DNA of 62,167 nucleotides from a virus (Duplodnaviria; Caudoviricetes): IMG/VR virus record IMGVR_UViG_3300042549_002778, positions 1 to 62,167 of that record; one strand, 5' to 3'. Shown piece by piece: positions 61,080 to 62,167 of this stretch (position 1 is its first letter; each line of letters starts with the position of its first letter). The notes under the pieces were generated by a model. It saw only the letters and a program-made list of their open reading frames with translations, ran no database searches and was not told where the DNA came from. The position numbers and the translations under genes were made by a program.

Positions 61080-62069
61080 ATGGCACATCCTCACTCCAAA
61101 GAGGCTAAAGAGGGCCACGCCAAGAAACTGGCTGGCTACGGCGGCAAGTCCAAGAATTTCAGCGACAAAGGTTCTTGGGATGGCCAGAAGGGCCTGAACA
61201 ACGACGAGCAGGCTGGCCTGAAGATCATCGACAAGGAGCCGTCGCTTTCCGAAGAGACCGCCCCGCGCATCATGCGTAAGTCTGGTGGTTCGGTTAAGGG
61301 CAAGATGGCTGTCAAGCGTCTTGATAAGGCTGCTCGCAAGGGCAAAAAGCGCGCCGATGGTGGTCAGCTTCCCCCGCCGGAAGATGCGCTGGAGTCGGCT
61401 GAGCGTCTGGGCGAAATCCGTCGCGAGGATAATGATTCCGATAGCGACAAGCGCGCTATGCCGCCGGCTTCTGAGGCCGCCAAGCGTTCTGGCCAGTATC
61501 AGAACTACAAGAAGGGCGGTCGCGTCGCCCATGAAGATGAGCCGGAAGATCGCTCATTGGTCAAAAAAATGGTCAAGCCGTCTGCCCTCAAGGGAATGAA
61601 GAAGGGCGGTCAAGTCAAAACCGTTGGCTATACGCCTGAGAACAATGTCACCAAATCGGCCCGCGCTGGCCGTGCGACCGGTGGCGCTGCTGGTAAGGGC
61701 AAGACGACGGTTAATATCATTGTCGGTGCTGGCCGTGGCGAGCAGCAGGCGGCCATGCCTCCGGCTCCCGGCGCTCCGGCTGGACGGGCTCCGATGCAGG
61801 CTCCGCCCATGATGCCGCCGCCCCAGATGCCGATGGCTCCCCCGATGGCTGCTGCGCCTATGGCTCCCCCGCCGGCCCCTCCGATGGGTGGCGCTCCGGG
61901 CGGTATGCCTCCGGGTGGTATGCCGATGGGCCGCAAGCGTGGCGGGCGCATTCGTGACGCCTCTGATTTGACTGCTGGCGCTGGATCTGGCGAAGGCCGT
62001 CAGGAAAAGATTGAGTTGCAGAATGCGAAGGGCTGGCCGCCGAAGGAATCCCGTAAGGGTTTCAAGTAG
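61080..62069 (+). CDS. Basic, low-complexity GG-motif protein
   Basis: Six GG motifs, Pro/Met-rich stretch, AGAGSGEGR.EK C-terminus. Confidence 0.75.
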   Translation: MAHPHSKEAKEGHAKKLAGYGGKSKNFSDKGSWDGQKGLNNDEQAGLKIIDKEPSLSEETAPRIMRKSGGSVKGKMAVKRLDKAARKGKKRADGGQLPPPEDALESAERLGEIRREDNDSDSDKRAMPPASEAAKRSGQYQNYKKGGRVAHEDEPEDRSLVKKMVKPSALKGMKKGGQVKTVGYTPENNVTKSARAGRATGGAAGKGKTTVNIIVGAGRGEQQAAMPPAPGAPAGRAPMQAPPMMPPPQMPMAPPMAAAPMAPPPAPPMGGAPGGMPPGGMPMGRKRGGRIRDASDLTAGAGSGEGRQEKIELQNAKGWPPKESRKGFK

Positions 62070-62167
62070 GCGGAATGGCAACGGGTGAAATGCCGCCGGG
62101 GAGTTTTCCGACAGGTTATGCGGGAATGACTCCGGCGGCGCAGGATTACGCTGCCAAAACAGCGGTT
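62041..62167. repeat. Terminal direct repeat, right copy
   Basis: Identical to 1-127. Confidence 0.95.

Noticed and set aside
62041-62167. Biological direct terminal repeat
   Set aside because: 127 bp equals a common assembler k-mer and falls mid-operon; it indicates circular overlap, not real termini

Overview
Complete, circularly permuted ~62,040-bp tailed dsDNA phage genome. Bases 1-127 are repeated exactly at 62041-62167, most likely assembly overlap. The head/tail gene set is podovirus-like, and a GcrA homologue points to an alphaproteobacterial host. The long rightward structural arm runs from terminases and portal through head genes, collagen-like fibres, a glycosyltransferase, tail, ejection proteins and lysis. 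A leftward early/recombination arm carries YqaJ exonuclease, ERF and HNH genes, and a rightward middle arm carries VRR-NUC, GcrA, a DnaA-C domain, an SF2 helicase, a C5 MTase, dCTP deaminase and a sigma-70 region 4 protein. I recognise no integrase, CI repressor, DNA polymerase, primase or lambda O-type initiator. Main signals: (1) an 'x-[A/K/R]-x-G-G-x-[V/A]' motif recurs about 29 times in eight putative virion proteins and falls between domain modules, suggesting a double-glycine polyprotein-processing or capsid-targeting system; (2) a ~340-nt highly structured, G-tract-containing non-coding region sits where a replication initiator would be expected; (3) two hammerhead-ribozyme-like elements lie between early genes; (4) a C5 MTase is split across two overlapping reading frames with five TRD-like repeats; (5) a MTase-GT-GT-TPR enzyme lies beside Thr-rich collagen fibres; (6) a homing endonuclease has an RBS-sequestering hairpin that contains its own promoter. 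All calls come from motif recognition by eye; no searches were run.
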